Shown: positions 25,475 through 33,002 of the stretch, piece by piece
Layout: every line of letters starts with the position of its first letter
Numbering within the stretch: position 1 is the first letter of the stretch
Assembly: GCA_947574255.1 (NCBI GenBank)
Contig: CANPJT010000003.1
Span: 1 to 52,315 of the forward strand
Source of the DNA: an uncultured Mycoplasmatota bacterium
GTDB taxonomy: Bacteria; Bacillota_I; Bacilli_A; RF39; UBA660
DNA length: 52,315 nt
Reading direction: 5' to 3'
Translations under genes and position numbers: made by a program
Notes under the pieces: generated by a model
The model's input: only the letters and a program-made list of their open reading frames with translations
Database searches by the model: none
Told to the model about the DNA's origin: nothing

Positions 25475-25694
25475 AATAAAAAATTGGATAGATTATCACA
25501 AGATGATAGATAAAGAACTAGAAAGGATAAAAAATATAGAAGATACTTACGTTTACAAATTGCAAAAAAAATTAGAACAATCTGAAAAAAAGAGAGAAAA
25601 GGCATTAGAATATGCTAAAAGAATTACTTGGAGTGATGGTTGTATTGATTGTGAACCTGAACAAACAAAAAAACTATATAAACTGTTAAGATAA
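25467..25694 (+). CDS. Hypothetical protein
   Basis: 75-aa ORF. Confidence 0.45.
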   Translation: MNEIKNWIDYHKMIDKELERIKNIEDTYVYKLQKKLEQSEKKREKALEYAKRITWSDGCIDCEPEQTKKLYKLLR

Positions 25695-25712
25695 AGGAGG
25701 TACAGAGAGTTT

Positions 25713-25991
25713 ATGAATGAACAAGAAAATCAACAACTAAAAGAACAATTTATAGCTACTAGTAAAGGGTTAAAAAAGGTAATAGTTAAAAGAAAAAAAT
25801 GGAAAAGAAAATATCTAAAAGAAAAAAATAAAAACAAACAACTAAAGACGCACTTACAACAAAAAGATTCTATTATTGAAGAAGCAATAAATAAGATAGA
25901 ATATTTACGAATGGAAAAATGGTTTATTCAAGGAACAGATATTATGGATGTATTAGATATATTAAACAAGTACAAAGGAGATAACAATTGA
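25713..25991 (+). CDS. Coiled-coil hypothetical protein
   Basis: 92-aa ORF with RBS aaggagg. Confidence 0.5.
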   Translation: MNEQENQQLKEQFIATSKGLKKVIVKRKKWKRKYLKEKNKNKQLKTHLQQKDSIIEEAINKIEYLRMEKWFIQGTDIMDVLDILNKYKGDNN

Positions 25992-26635
25992 AAGTACTAG
26001 AATTATTTGCCGGAACTAGAAGTATTGGCAAAGCTTTTGAAGCAAGAGGGTATGAAGTATTTAGTATTGAGTGGGATAAGTCTTTTAAAAATATAAATTT
26101 ATATGAAGATATTAACAAAATTACAGCACAAGACATATTAAATAAATTTGGTAAACCTGATGTAATATGGGCAAGTCCTGATTGTACGACATTTAGTATA
26201 GCAGCAATTAGCCATCACAGAAGAAAAAATAAAGAAACTGGCAATCTTGATGCCATTAGTGATTATGCTAAATTTTGTGATGAAACTGATAAACACGTTA
26301 TTGAGCTTATAAAGAATCTTAATCCTAAATATTATTTTATTGAAAATCCAAGAGGTGGAATGAGAAAAATGACTTGGATGAAAGATTTGCCTAGGTATAC
26401 AGTTACCTATTGCCAATATGGAGATACTAGAATGAAACCGACAGATATATGGACTAATCATCCTAACCCTAATTTTAAGCCAATGTGCAAAAATGGTGAT
26501 TCATGCCATGAAAAAGCACCAAGAGGTAGTAAAACTGGGACTCAAGGATTAAAAGGTGCAAAAAATAGAAGCATTATTCCAAATCAATTATGTGAACATA
26601 TAGTAGATATTTGCGAGAAAGGAGATAACAAATGA
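25988..26635 (+). CDS. Short orphan DNA cytosine-5 methyltransferase-like protein
   Basis: Motif I-like LELFAGTRS, motif IV-like ASPDCTTFS, motif VI-like FIENPRGG and a C-terminal NRSIIPNQLCEHI. TTG start after aaaggag. No restriction partner nearby. Confidence 0.55.
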   Translation: MKVLELFAGTRSIGKAFEARGYEVFSIEWDKSFKNINLYEDINKITAQDILNKFGKPDVIWASPDCTTFSIAAISHHRRKNKETGNLDAISDYAKFCDETDKHVIELIKNLNPKYYFIENPRGGMRKMTWMKDLPRYTVTYCQYGDTRMKPTDIWTNHPNPNFKPMCKNGDSCHEKAPRGSKTGTQGLKGAKNRSIIPNQLCEHIVDICEKGDNK

Positions 26636-26832
26636 TAACAATAAAAGATATTGGAAATGAAAGAGCGGAATTAAAAGTAGAAAAAGGAACTTCATATCAT
26701 GAAATGTTATTAGGTGCAGAAATGCTTATAGAAGCACTTGTAAAAGATAGAGGAAATATTTTTGAGGATGTAATTAATGATATAAAACGAATATATGAAA
26801 AAGATTTAAAGAAAGAAGAGGAAAGAAAATGA
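26632..26832 (+). CDS. Hypothetical protein
   Basis: 66-aa ORF whose start overlaps the upstream stop codon. Confidence 0.45.
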   Translation: MITIKDIGNERAELKVEKGTSYHEMLLGAEMLIEALVKDRGNIFEDVINDIKRIYEKDLKKEEERK

Positions 26833-27035
26833 AAGCATTAGAATTTAGTCAAAAAGTAAAAGACAAAAAAATAAAAAATGGAAGTAAGTTTAAAGTTTAT
26901 GATAATAATAAAGAATATATAGGAACAGTAGGAGTAATAGATACAACAGTTGTTTATTTAGATATAAAACAAATACCTACAGATTTAGCAATTGGAGATT
27001 ATATTTTTGAAATAATAGAGGAAGAAAATGAATAG
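26829..27035 (+). CDS. Hypothetical protein
   Basis: 68-aa ORF whose start overlaps the upstream stop codon. Confidence 0.45.
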   Translation: MKALEFSQKVKDKKIKNGSKFKVYDNNKEYIGTVGVIDTTVVYLDIKQIPTDLAIGDYIFEIIEEENE

Positions 27036-27426
27036 AGTAAATATAATAGGAAGACTTGTAAAAAATGTAGAGTCAAGAACAACAATAAATAATGAAATGG
27101 TATCTAGTTTTACAATAGCAGTAAACGAAGGATATGGAGAAAAACAACGTACAAATTATATAGATTGTGTAGCATTCAAAAATCTAGCTGAAAACATATC
27201 AAATTATTGTGAAAAGGGAAGCTTGGTAGCTATAGAAGGGAAACTAAATACAAGCATTTATGAAACGCAAGATGGTTCTAAAAGAAAATCAGTAAATGTA
27301 ATTGTAGAAAAAGCAATGTTTTTAGATAGTAAGAAAAAAACTGCAGACAACACTGCAGAGAAAGAAGATCCCTTCAAAGATTTCGGAGAAGAAATACAAC
27401 TGAGTGATGAGGATTTACCATTTTAG
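27028..27426 (+). CDS. ssb: Single-stranded DNA-binding protein
   Basis: MNRVNIIGRLVKNVESR OB-fold start and an acidic tail ending DEDLPF. Confidence 0.9.
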   Translation: MNRVNIIGRLVKNVESRTTINNEMVSSFTIAVNEGYGEKQRTNYIDCVAFKNLAENISNYCEKGSLVAIEGKLNTSIYETQDGSKRKSVNVIVEKAMFLDSKKKTADNTAEKEDPFKDFGEEIQLSDEDLPF

Positions 27427-27447
27427 AAAAGATAGGAGAGTGATTAT

Positions 27448-27879
27448 GTGATAGGCAAGAAAGACTTAACTATATTTGAACGACTTAGAGAAATGAGAAC
27501 TTTAAGAAGGACTGTATTATGTTTAATAGATAAAAAATATATAAACTTAGCATTGAGATATATGAAAGCAATAAGTATAAAAGATGTATGTGTGCAATCT
27601 TCCAAAGGTGGTAGTGATATTATGCTTAATTCAATTATAAAAGACGAACATTTTGACGATGAAATAAATAATAATTTAACGTCTTATAATGAACATAAAC
27701 AGATAGCAATAGAAGAAATAAAAAAAATGATAGCTGAAAAAACAGATGAAGAGATGATAGTATTTTTTAGAGATGAATTAAAATGGAAATGGGACGACAT
27801 ATGTAAAGTTTTTAATTATTCATTGAGACAATGTCACAGATTATATGATAGCATTAAAAAGATTGAAAATGACACTTAA
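27448..27879 (+). CDS. Late-gene transcriptional activator candidate (ArpU/RinA / sigma region-4-like)
   Basis: C-terminal HTH-like WKWDDICKVFNYSLRQCHRLYDSIKKI. It is positioned before the packaging genes. Confidence 0.4.
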   Translation: MIGKKDLTIFERLREMRTLRRTVLCLIDKKYINLALRYMKAISIKDVCVQSSKGGSDIMLNSIIKDEHFDDEINNNLTSYNEHKQIAIEEIKKMIAEKTDEEMIVFFRDELKWKWDDICKVFNYSLRQCHRLYDSIKKIENDT

Positions 27880-27910
27880 AATATGTATAATAAAAAAATG
27901 AGGCGATAAT

Positions 27911-28627
27911 ATGAAATCTATTAATCTATACATGGATGAATCTGGAAATTTAGGCCCAGGAATGGGTAGATATTTTTTAATTTGTGCTTTAGAAGTACAA
28001 GAAGAAGACGCAAAATCACTAGGGAAAAGAGCAGGACGTGTAATTAATAGATTTAAAATTAAACATGAGTTGCCAAAAACAAGTGAAATAAAGGGTTGGA
28101 AATTAAGTGATGAACAAAGAATAGAATTAATAGAAAGTATTTTATTTAGAGGAATAAAAGTAAGGTATATTGTATTAGATTTAGAGCAAACTACAATGTT
28201 ACTTAAAAAGCCTGATGATAAAAATGCTTGCTTTAATTATTTGGTTCAATTAATCGTAAAAAAGCTTTTACAAGATTATCCAGAATTAGAAAAAGTAAAT
28301 TTATATTTAGATAATAGATCAGTAAAAATAGGTAACAGATTATCATTAAAGCCATATTTATATAATAAATTAGTATTAGAAAAACTAGAAAGTTCATCTT
28401 ATGTTAAAAGAATTGAATTTGAAACACATTATATGGAATCTGAAAGTTGTTATTTAATAGAATGGGCTGATATATTAGCCAATGCTTTATACAAAAAATA
28501 TAATTCAAATAATAGTTATTATTATATGATGATAAAACCATATATTATTTTTGAAAGTAAATTTCCCTCAAAAAGTTTTGGGTTAAATTTTACAGAAAAT
28601 AAAAAAAATGAATTGACACACGAATAG
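27911..28627 (+). CDS. DUF3800-family protein
   Basis: N-terminal LYMDESGNLG motif typical of DUF3800. 238 aa with its own RBS (tgaggcg). Confidence 0.6.
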   Translation: MKSINLYMDESGNLGPGMGRYFLICALEVQEEDAKSLGKRAGRVINRFKIKHELPKTSEIKGWKLSDEQRIELIESILFRGIKVRYIVLDLEQTTMLLKKPDDKNACFNYLVQLIVKKLLQDYPELEKVNLYLDNRSVKIGNRLSLKPYLYNKLVLEKLESSSYVKRIEFETHYMESESCYLIEWADILANALYKKYNSNNSYYYMMIKPYIIFESKFPSKSFGLNFTENKKNELTHE

Positions 28628-28652
28628 CTAAATGTTAAAATCATATTACATG

Positions 28653-28749
28653 AGGAAGTGGCATATAAGCCTTAATTGGTTTATTCTATATATAGAATAT
28701 AAGAGTTATGATGTTAACTCAGCCAATTAAGCACTGCCACTTCTTTTTT
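28653..28749 (+). ncRNA. Y-shaped multi-stem RNA element ending in a U-run (elaborate terminator or 3' UTR/sRNA element)
   Basis: P1 is 28653-28663 with 28735-28745 (11 bp). P2 is 28671-28679 with 28723-28731 (9 bp). P3 is 28682-28688 with 28693-28699. P4 is 28703-28708 with 28715-28720. A T run follows at 28744-28749. Confidence 0.5.
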
Positions 28750-28863
28750 ACGAAAAATTCAAATGGCACACAATGTCACAAAAACTTGACTTATAATGTT
28801 ATTATGGAATACTTATACGATAATCCATACTAGTCATGAACTAGTCAACCCCTTTTTATTCTT

Positions 28864-28890
28864 AAGAACTTAGAAATAGGTTCTTTTTTT
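28864..28890 (+). terminator. Rho-independent terminator in the non-coding gap
   Basis: aagaactt pairs with aggttctt, followed by ttttt at 28886-28890. Confidence 0.6.
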
Positions 28891-28896
28891 ATTCTT

Positions 28897-28994
28897 GATT
28901 GCAAAGCTAAGAAAAATAAAATGTATAAGATTAGTCGTAAAACTTTTTGTTACGAATCACCAAACCTCCTTTCTTGTCTTAGTATTTTGCAATC
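28897..28994. repeat. Long-range inverted repeat enclosing a hairpin, in front of the late operon
   Basis: gattgcaaagctaaga (28897-28912) pairs with tcttagtattttgcaatc (28977-28994). The inner hairpin is tcgtaa/ttacga (28935-28955). Confidence 0.5.
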
Positions 28995-29014
28995 GAAAAT
29001 AAGGAATGATGATC

Positions 29015-29158
29015 ATGAATGAAACGAGACCTTTAACAAGAAGAGAACAACTAGAATGGTTACTTGCTTTTTTATATGAAGAAAAAAGAAATTTAGATGA
29101 AAGAATAGAAGCAACAGAGAATGATCTTAAACTAGAGAGGAAGAAAGAAAATGAATAA
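29015..29158 (+). CDS. 47-aa hypothetical protein (first ORF of the late region)
   Basis: Manual ORF MNETRPLTRREQLEWLLAFLYEEKRNLDERIE... In-frame ATGs also occur at 29006 and 29009. Confidence 0.35.
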   Translation: MNETRPLTRREQLEWLLAFLYEEKRNLDERIEATENDLKLERKKENE

Positions 29159-29411
29159 AGAAAAATTAATGAAAGTATTTGAAGAATGTCGAAACAAAAG
29201 AATGGGAATAAGAATAGAACTAGAAATGCCGAATCAAGAAGATCTAGAAATAATCATTAATACTTATAAATCTTTAAATGCGAAACAAAGTTATTATAAT
29301 AAAACCTATGATAATAACTTAGTGCATAAAAAGAATGACAAAATAAAAATAATAGATGCAAGACCTATTCAAATAAAAAGAGAGTCAAAACGAATTACTT
29401 TATGGGAGTAA
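29151..29411 (+). CDS. Hypothetical protein
   Basis: 86-aa ORF with RBS agagagg. Confidence 0.5.
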   Translation: MNKEKLMKVFEECRNKRMGIRIELEMPNQEDLEIIINTYKSLNAKQSYYNKTYDNNLVHKKNDKIKIIDARPIQIKRESKRITLWE

Positions 29412-29417
29412 TGATTA

Positions 29418-29651
29418 ATGAGTAAATATTGTTATGGAAAAATAAGTAAATCAAATAAATGGTATGTAAGACTAAAAGAATGGAAAGGCGTATATGATAC
29501 TGAAGGAGATTTATTTCCATTTTGTAGAGTACTAAAGACATTTGATAGACCAGAAGCTTGTGTGAAGTATATTGATTATTTGAAAGAAGGAAAAGAAATA
29601 CCTAAGTTGTCCGAAAATTATATTCGTAGTATAGCTAATAACAAGGGATAG
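29418..29651 (+). CDS. Hypothetical protein
   Basis: 77-aa ORF. Its last 10 nt overlap the predicted tRNA. Confidence 0.45.
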   Translation: MSKYCYGKISKSNKWYVRLKEWKGVYDTEGDLFPFCRVLKTFDRPEACVKYIDYLKEGKEIPKLSENYIRSIANNKG

Positions 29652-29715
29652 TTTATTGGTAGAACATTAGGTTCTCAGCCTAAAGAAGGTGGTTCAAATC
29701 CATCTCCCTTAACCA
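29642..29715 (+). tRNA. Phage-encoded tRNA, anticodon CUC (Glu by anticodon), with encoded CCA
   Basis: Manual cloverleaf with acceptor 29642-29648/29705-29711, D-arm GTTT-ATTGGTA-GAAC, anticodon arm TTAGG-TTCTCAG-CCTAA and T-arm GGTGG-TTCAAAT-CCATC. U8, A14, G18G19, U33, R37, T54-C56, A58 and C61 are all present. Pair 1:72 is C-A. Confidence 0.65.
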
Positions 29716-29743
29716 TAAATAAAATTGAAAGGATTTGATATAT

Positions 29744-29938
29744 ATGAAATTAAAAAATATAGCAAAAAAGAATGGAAAAGCAATTAATTTACAAATAGGA
29801 AAGTATGGAAAGATAGTAGTTCCAAATCAAGAGTTTGAAGTCGATGATAAAAAAGGAAAAGAATTACTAAATCAAAAAATAGACAATAATCCAATTGTAG
29901 AAAAATTAAAAGAAGAAAAAGTTAGTAAGGAAGCTTAA
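29744..29938 (+). CDS. Hypothetical protein
   Basis: ATG 29744 follows aaagga. 64 aa. Confidence 0.45.
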   Translation: MKLKNIAKKNGKAINLQIGKYGKIVVPNQEFEVDDKKGKELLNQKIDNNPIVEKLKEEKVSKEA

Positions 29939-29940
29939 TC

Positions 29941-30303
29941 ATGGCAAAAGGTAAGGTTGAGTATTGGTTAACTTCCGATGGCTTGACTTTACTTGCTGGT
30001 TGGGCACGTGAGGGATTAACTGATGAGCAAATAGCATCTAATTGTAAAATTAATGTTGCGACTTTATATAGATGGAAAAATAAACATTGTGAGATTTGCG
30101 AGGCCTTAAAAAATAATAAGGAGATTGCTGATTATGAAGTTGAAAATGCTTTATATAAAAGTGCATTAGCTGGAAATACAGTAGCACAAATATTTTGGTT
30201 GAAAAATAGACAATCTAATAAATGGAGAGAAAAACAAGACCGAAATAATAATGATGCTTTAGAAAAATTAGATAAATTGTTAGAGGAACAAAAAAATGCT
30301 TAA
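29941..30303 (+). CDS. terS: Terminase small subunit
   Basis: HTH LTDEQIASNCKINVATLYRWKNKH. It lies directly upstream of and overlaps the large subunit. Confidence 0.75.
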   Translation: MAKGKVEYWLTSDGLTLLAGWAREGLTDEQIASNCKINVATLYRWKNKHCEICEALKNNKEIADYEVENALYKSALAGNTVAQIFWLKNRQSNKWREKQDRNNNDALEKLDKLLEEQKNA

Positions 30304-31591
30304 GTGGACAATTAAACAAAGAGACAATTTAAAAAATGCTAATCACAGATGGAATTTTAAAGTTGGAGCTGTTCGTTCAGGTAAGACGTTTCAAGATATA
30401 AATGATACAATACCACGAAGAATAAGAGAACGAGCAGGATTAGAAGGTTTGGTAGTTATTGTAGGAGTTACACAAAATACTATTGAACGTAATGTGCTAA
30501 GGCCAATGCGTGATAAGTTTGGCTTAGGATTAGTTGGAGAAATATCTAAAACTACAGGAGAAGTATACTTATTTGGAGAAGTGTGTTATGCAATAGGTGC
30601 TGAAAAAGTAAGTCAAGTTGCTAAAATTCAGGGAGCTAGTTGGAAATATTGTTATGGTGACGAAGTTGCAAAGTGGAATAAAGAAGTTTTTGATATGGCA
30701 AAATCAAGATTGGATAAATCTTATTCATGTTTTGATGGAACTTGTAATCCGGAACAAAAAAAACATTGGCTAAAAGAATTTTTAGATAGTGATGCAGATA
30801 TTTATAATCAACACTATACAATCGATGATAATGAATTTTTAGATAAAACATTTAAAGAGAACCTAAAAAAAGAATATTGGGGAACAGTATTATATCAACG
30901 ATATATTTTAGGTTTATGGGTTAATGCTGAAGGACTTATATATAAAAGATTTGCAGATAATCCAGAACATTATTATTTAAAAAAAGAGTATGATAAAAAT
31001 AATAATTTAATTCTTCCAAAAGGAGAAATAGTAGTTGGTATTGATTATGGTGGAACATTGTCGGGACATTCATTTGTAGCAACGTTAATAACTTACGATT
31101 GTAGAAAGGTAATAGTTCTTGCAAGTGAAAGACATTTTGGTGATATTGATACTGATAAATTAGAAGATCTACAGGTTGAATTTATAAAAAAAGTTCAATA
31201 TAAATATGGCTATATAAGTTATGTTTATCCAGATAGTGCAGAGCAAGTTTTAATTAGAGGGTTAAGAAGTAGATTAGAGCAAGAACAAATTTATTGTACA
31301 GTTAGTCCGGCAAGAAAAGAATTAATTAAAGATAGAATTGAATGTGAAAGAATCATGTTTGTGTATGACATGGTTCTTTTTTTAGAGGAAGATTGCGAAA
31401 CATTAATTGAAGCTTTGAGTAGTGCTTTGTGGGAAGATAAAAAAAATAAAGTTACAGAAGATGAAGATAAACGATTAGATGATGGAACAACGGATATAGA
31501 TTCCCTGGATGCTTTCGAATATTCTTTTGAAAGATATATAACAAGAATAAACGATTTTGCAGATAGAATACGAGGTGAAATAAGTGCTTGA
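30296..31591 (+). CDS. terL: Terminase large subunit (PBSX-like family)
   Basis: Walker A GAVRSGKT, 431 aa, C-terminal nuclease-type acidic residues, and position before the portal gene. Confidence 0.85.
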   Translation: MLKWTIKQRDNLKNANHRWNFKVGAVRSGKTFQDINDTIPRRIRERAGLEGLVVIVGVTQNTIERNVLRPMRDKFGLGLVGEISKTTGEVYLFGEVCYAIGAEKVSQVAKIQGASWKYCYGDEVAKWNKEVFDMAKSRLDKSYSCFDGTCNPEQKKHWLKEFLDSDADIYNQHYTIDDNEFLDKTFKENLKKEYWGTVLYQRYILGLWVNAEGLIYKRFADNPEHYYLKKEYDKNNNLILPKGEIVVGIDYGGTLSGHSFVATLITYDCRKVIVLASERHFGDIDTDKLEDLQVEFIKKVQYKYGYISYVYPDSAEQVLIRGLRSRLEQEQIYCTVSPARKELIKDRIECERIMFVYDMVLFLEEDCETLIEALSSALWEDKKNKVTEDEDKRLDDGTTDIDSLDAFEYSFERYITRINDFADRIRGEISA

Positions 31592-33002
31592 TAAAGTTGT
31601 AAATAAACTAAAAGGATGGTGGCATAAAATGTTTGATTATAATAAAATAGTTGCTGATTTTGGATTAGATATGCAAACAAGTAAAGATATGCTAGATGCT
31701 TTTCAAGAATGGAATACAATCTTTAATGGACATGAACCTTGGATTGATGATACAACAATTTCTTTACATGTAGCTAAAACTATGTGTGAAAAGGTTGCAA
31801 AGGCTGTAACTATTGAATATAAAAGCATGTGTGATGAACCATATATAAATAATATCTATCAACATTTTTTGAGAAACAAAAGGAAATATACAGAATGTAT
31901 GATAGGCAAATCTTGTATTGATTTTAAACCATATTTTGATGGTAAAACGATAAGAATAAGCGCAATACAAGCAGATAAGTTTATTCCTGTTAAATTTGAT
32001 GACGATGGGAACTTGCTATCAAGTGTTACAATCGATCAATTAACGGAAGGAACAGATGTTTATACAAGATTAGAATATAATGAATTAAAAGATGGAAACA
32101 TGTATATCAAAAATATTGCATATAAAGGAAGAAAAGATGGCACTATACTAGAAAACAGAATTGATTTATCAAAAGTGAATAAATGGAAAGATATTGAAGA
32201 AAATGGTTGTATTGAAGGAGTAGATAGATTAATAGGTGGGTTTGCTAGTATGAAAAATGTTAATCCTATTGATAATTCTTCTCCTTGTGGAGTACCCATT
32301 TATTTTAATGCACTAGATACTTTAAAAGAAATTGATAAACAGTTTTCTAGAACGTTATGGGAGTTTGAAGGAACAGAACTTGCAATAGATATTGATGAAA
32401 CTATGCTTCAAAAGAACCTAAAAACAGGTAACTATGAAATACCAAAAAGAAAAAAGAGATTATTTAGAATGCTTAGAGATACTAAAGCTACTAATAATAA
32501 TGGTTACAATGTATTTAGTCCAGAAATAAGAGATAATTCGTTATTTAATGGATTAAATGAATATTTAAGACAAGCAGAAAATCAATGTGGCCTTGCTTAT
32601 GGAACGTTATCTAAAATGGATGAGATTGCTAAGACTGCTACAGAAATAAAAAGTGCTAAACAAGATTATTATGTTACTGTATCAGATATTCAAGAATCAT
32701 TACAGCATGCTTTTGATGATTTAATTTATGGAATTTATGTTTTATGTAAAATATATGGTATTCCAGTTAAACCAAATTATATAGTAGAGCATGATTGGGA
32801 TGATAGTATTCTAATTGACAAAGAAAGTGCTAGAAATCAGGCTTTAATTGAACGAAATAATAGCATAACAAGTGATGTTCAATATGTGATGGATACTAAA
32901 GGCTATAAAGAAAAAGAAGCAATAGAATTTGTTGAAAAACAAAAACAATATCGTAAAATTACACAAGATGAAATAGAAAAAGAAGAGGAAACAGAAGAAT
33001 AA
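31584..33002 (+). CDS. Portal protein
   Basis: 472 aa, immediately after terL and before the MuF-like gene. Confidence 0.7.
   Translation: MLDKVVNKLKGWWHKMFDYNKIVADFGLDMQTSKDMLDAFQEWNTIFNGHEPWIDDTTISLHVAKTMCEKVAKAVTIEYKSMCDEPYINNIYQHFLRNKRKYTECMIGKSCIDFKPYFDGKTIRISAIQADKFIPVKFDDDGNLLSSVTIDQLTEGTDVYTRLEYNELKDGNMYIKNIAYKGRKDGTILENRIDLSKVNKWKDIEENGCIEGVDRLIGGFASMKNVNPIDNSSPCGVPIYFNALDTLKEIDKQFSRTLWEFEGTELAIDIDETMLQKNLKTGNYEIPKRKKRLFRMLRDTKATNNNGYNVFSPEIRDNSLFNGLNEYLRQAENQCGLAYGTLSKMDEIAKTATEIKSAKQDYYVTVSDIQESLQHAFDDLIYGIYVLCKIYGIPVKPNYIVEHDWDDSILIDKESARNQALIERNNSITSDVQYVMDTKGYKEKEAIEFVEKQKQYRKITQDEIEKEEETEE

Noticed and set aside
25942-26461. Minus-strand ORFs 25942..26136 and 26138..26461.
   Set aside because: They lie antisense to the methyltransferase-like gene and have no signals.
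28764-28779. Sigma-54-like TGGCAC-N5 element.
   Set aside because: The downstream half reads GTCA rather than TTGC, and no enhancer-binding protein or matching gene context is present.
28935-28972. Minus-strand mini-ORF (8-10 codons) behind a perfect AAAGGAGGT.
   Set aside because: It is too short and lacks a well-spaced canonical start, so I do not call it a gene. It is kept only as an observation in the structured-region finding.
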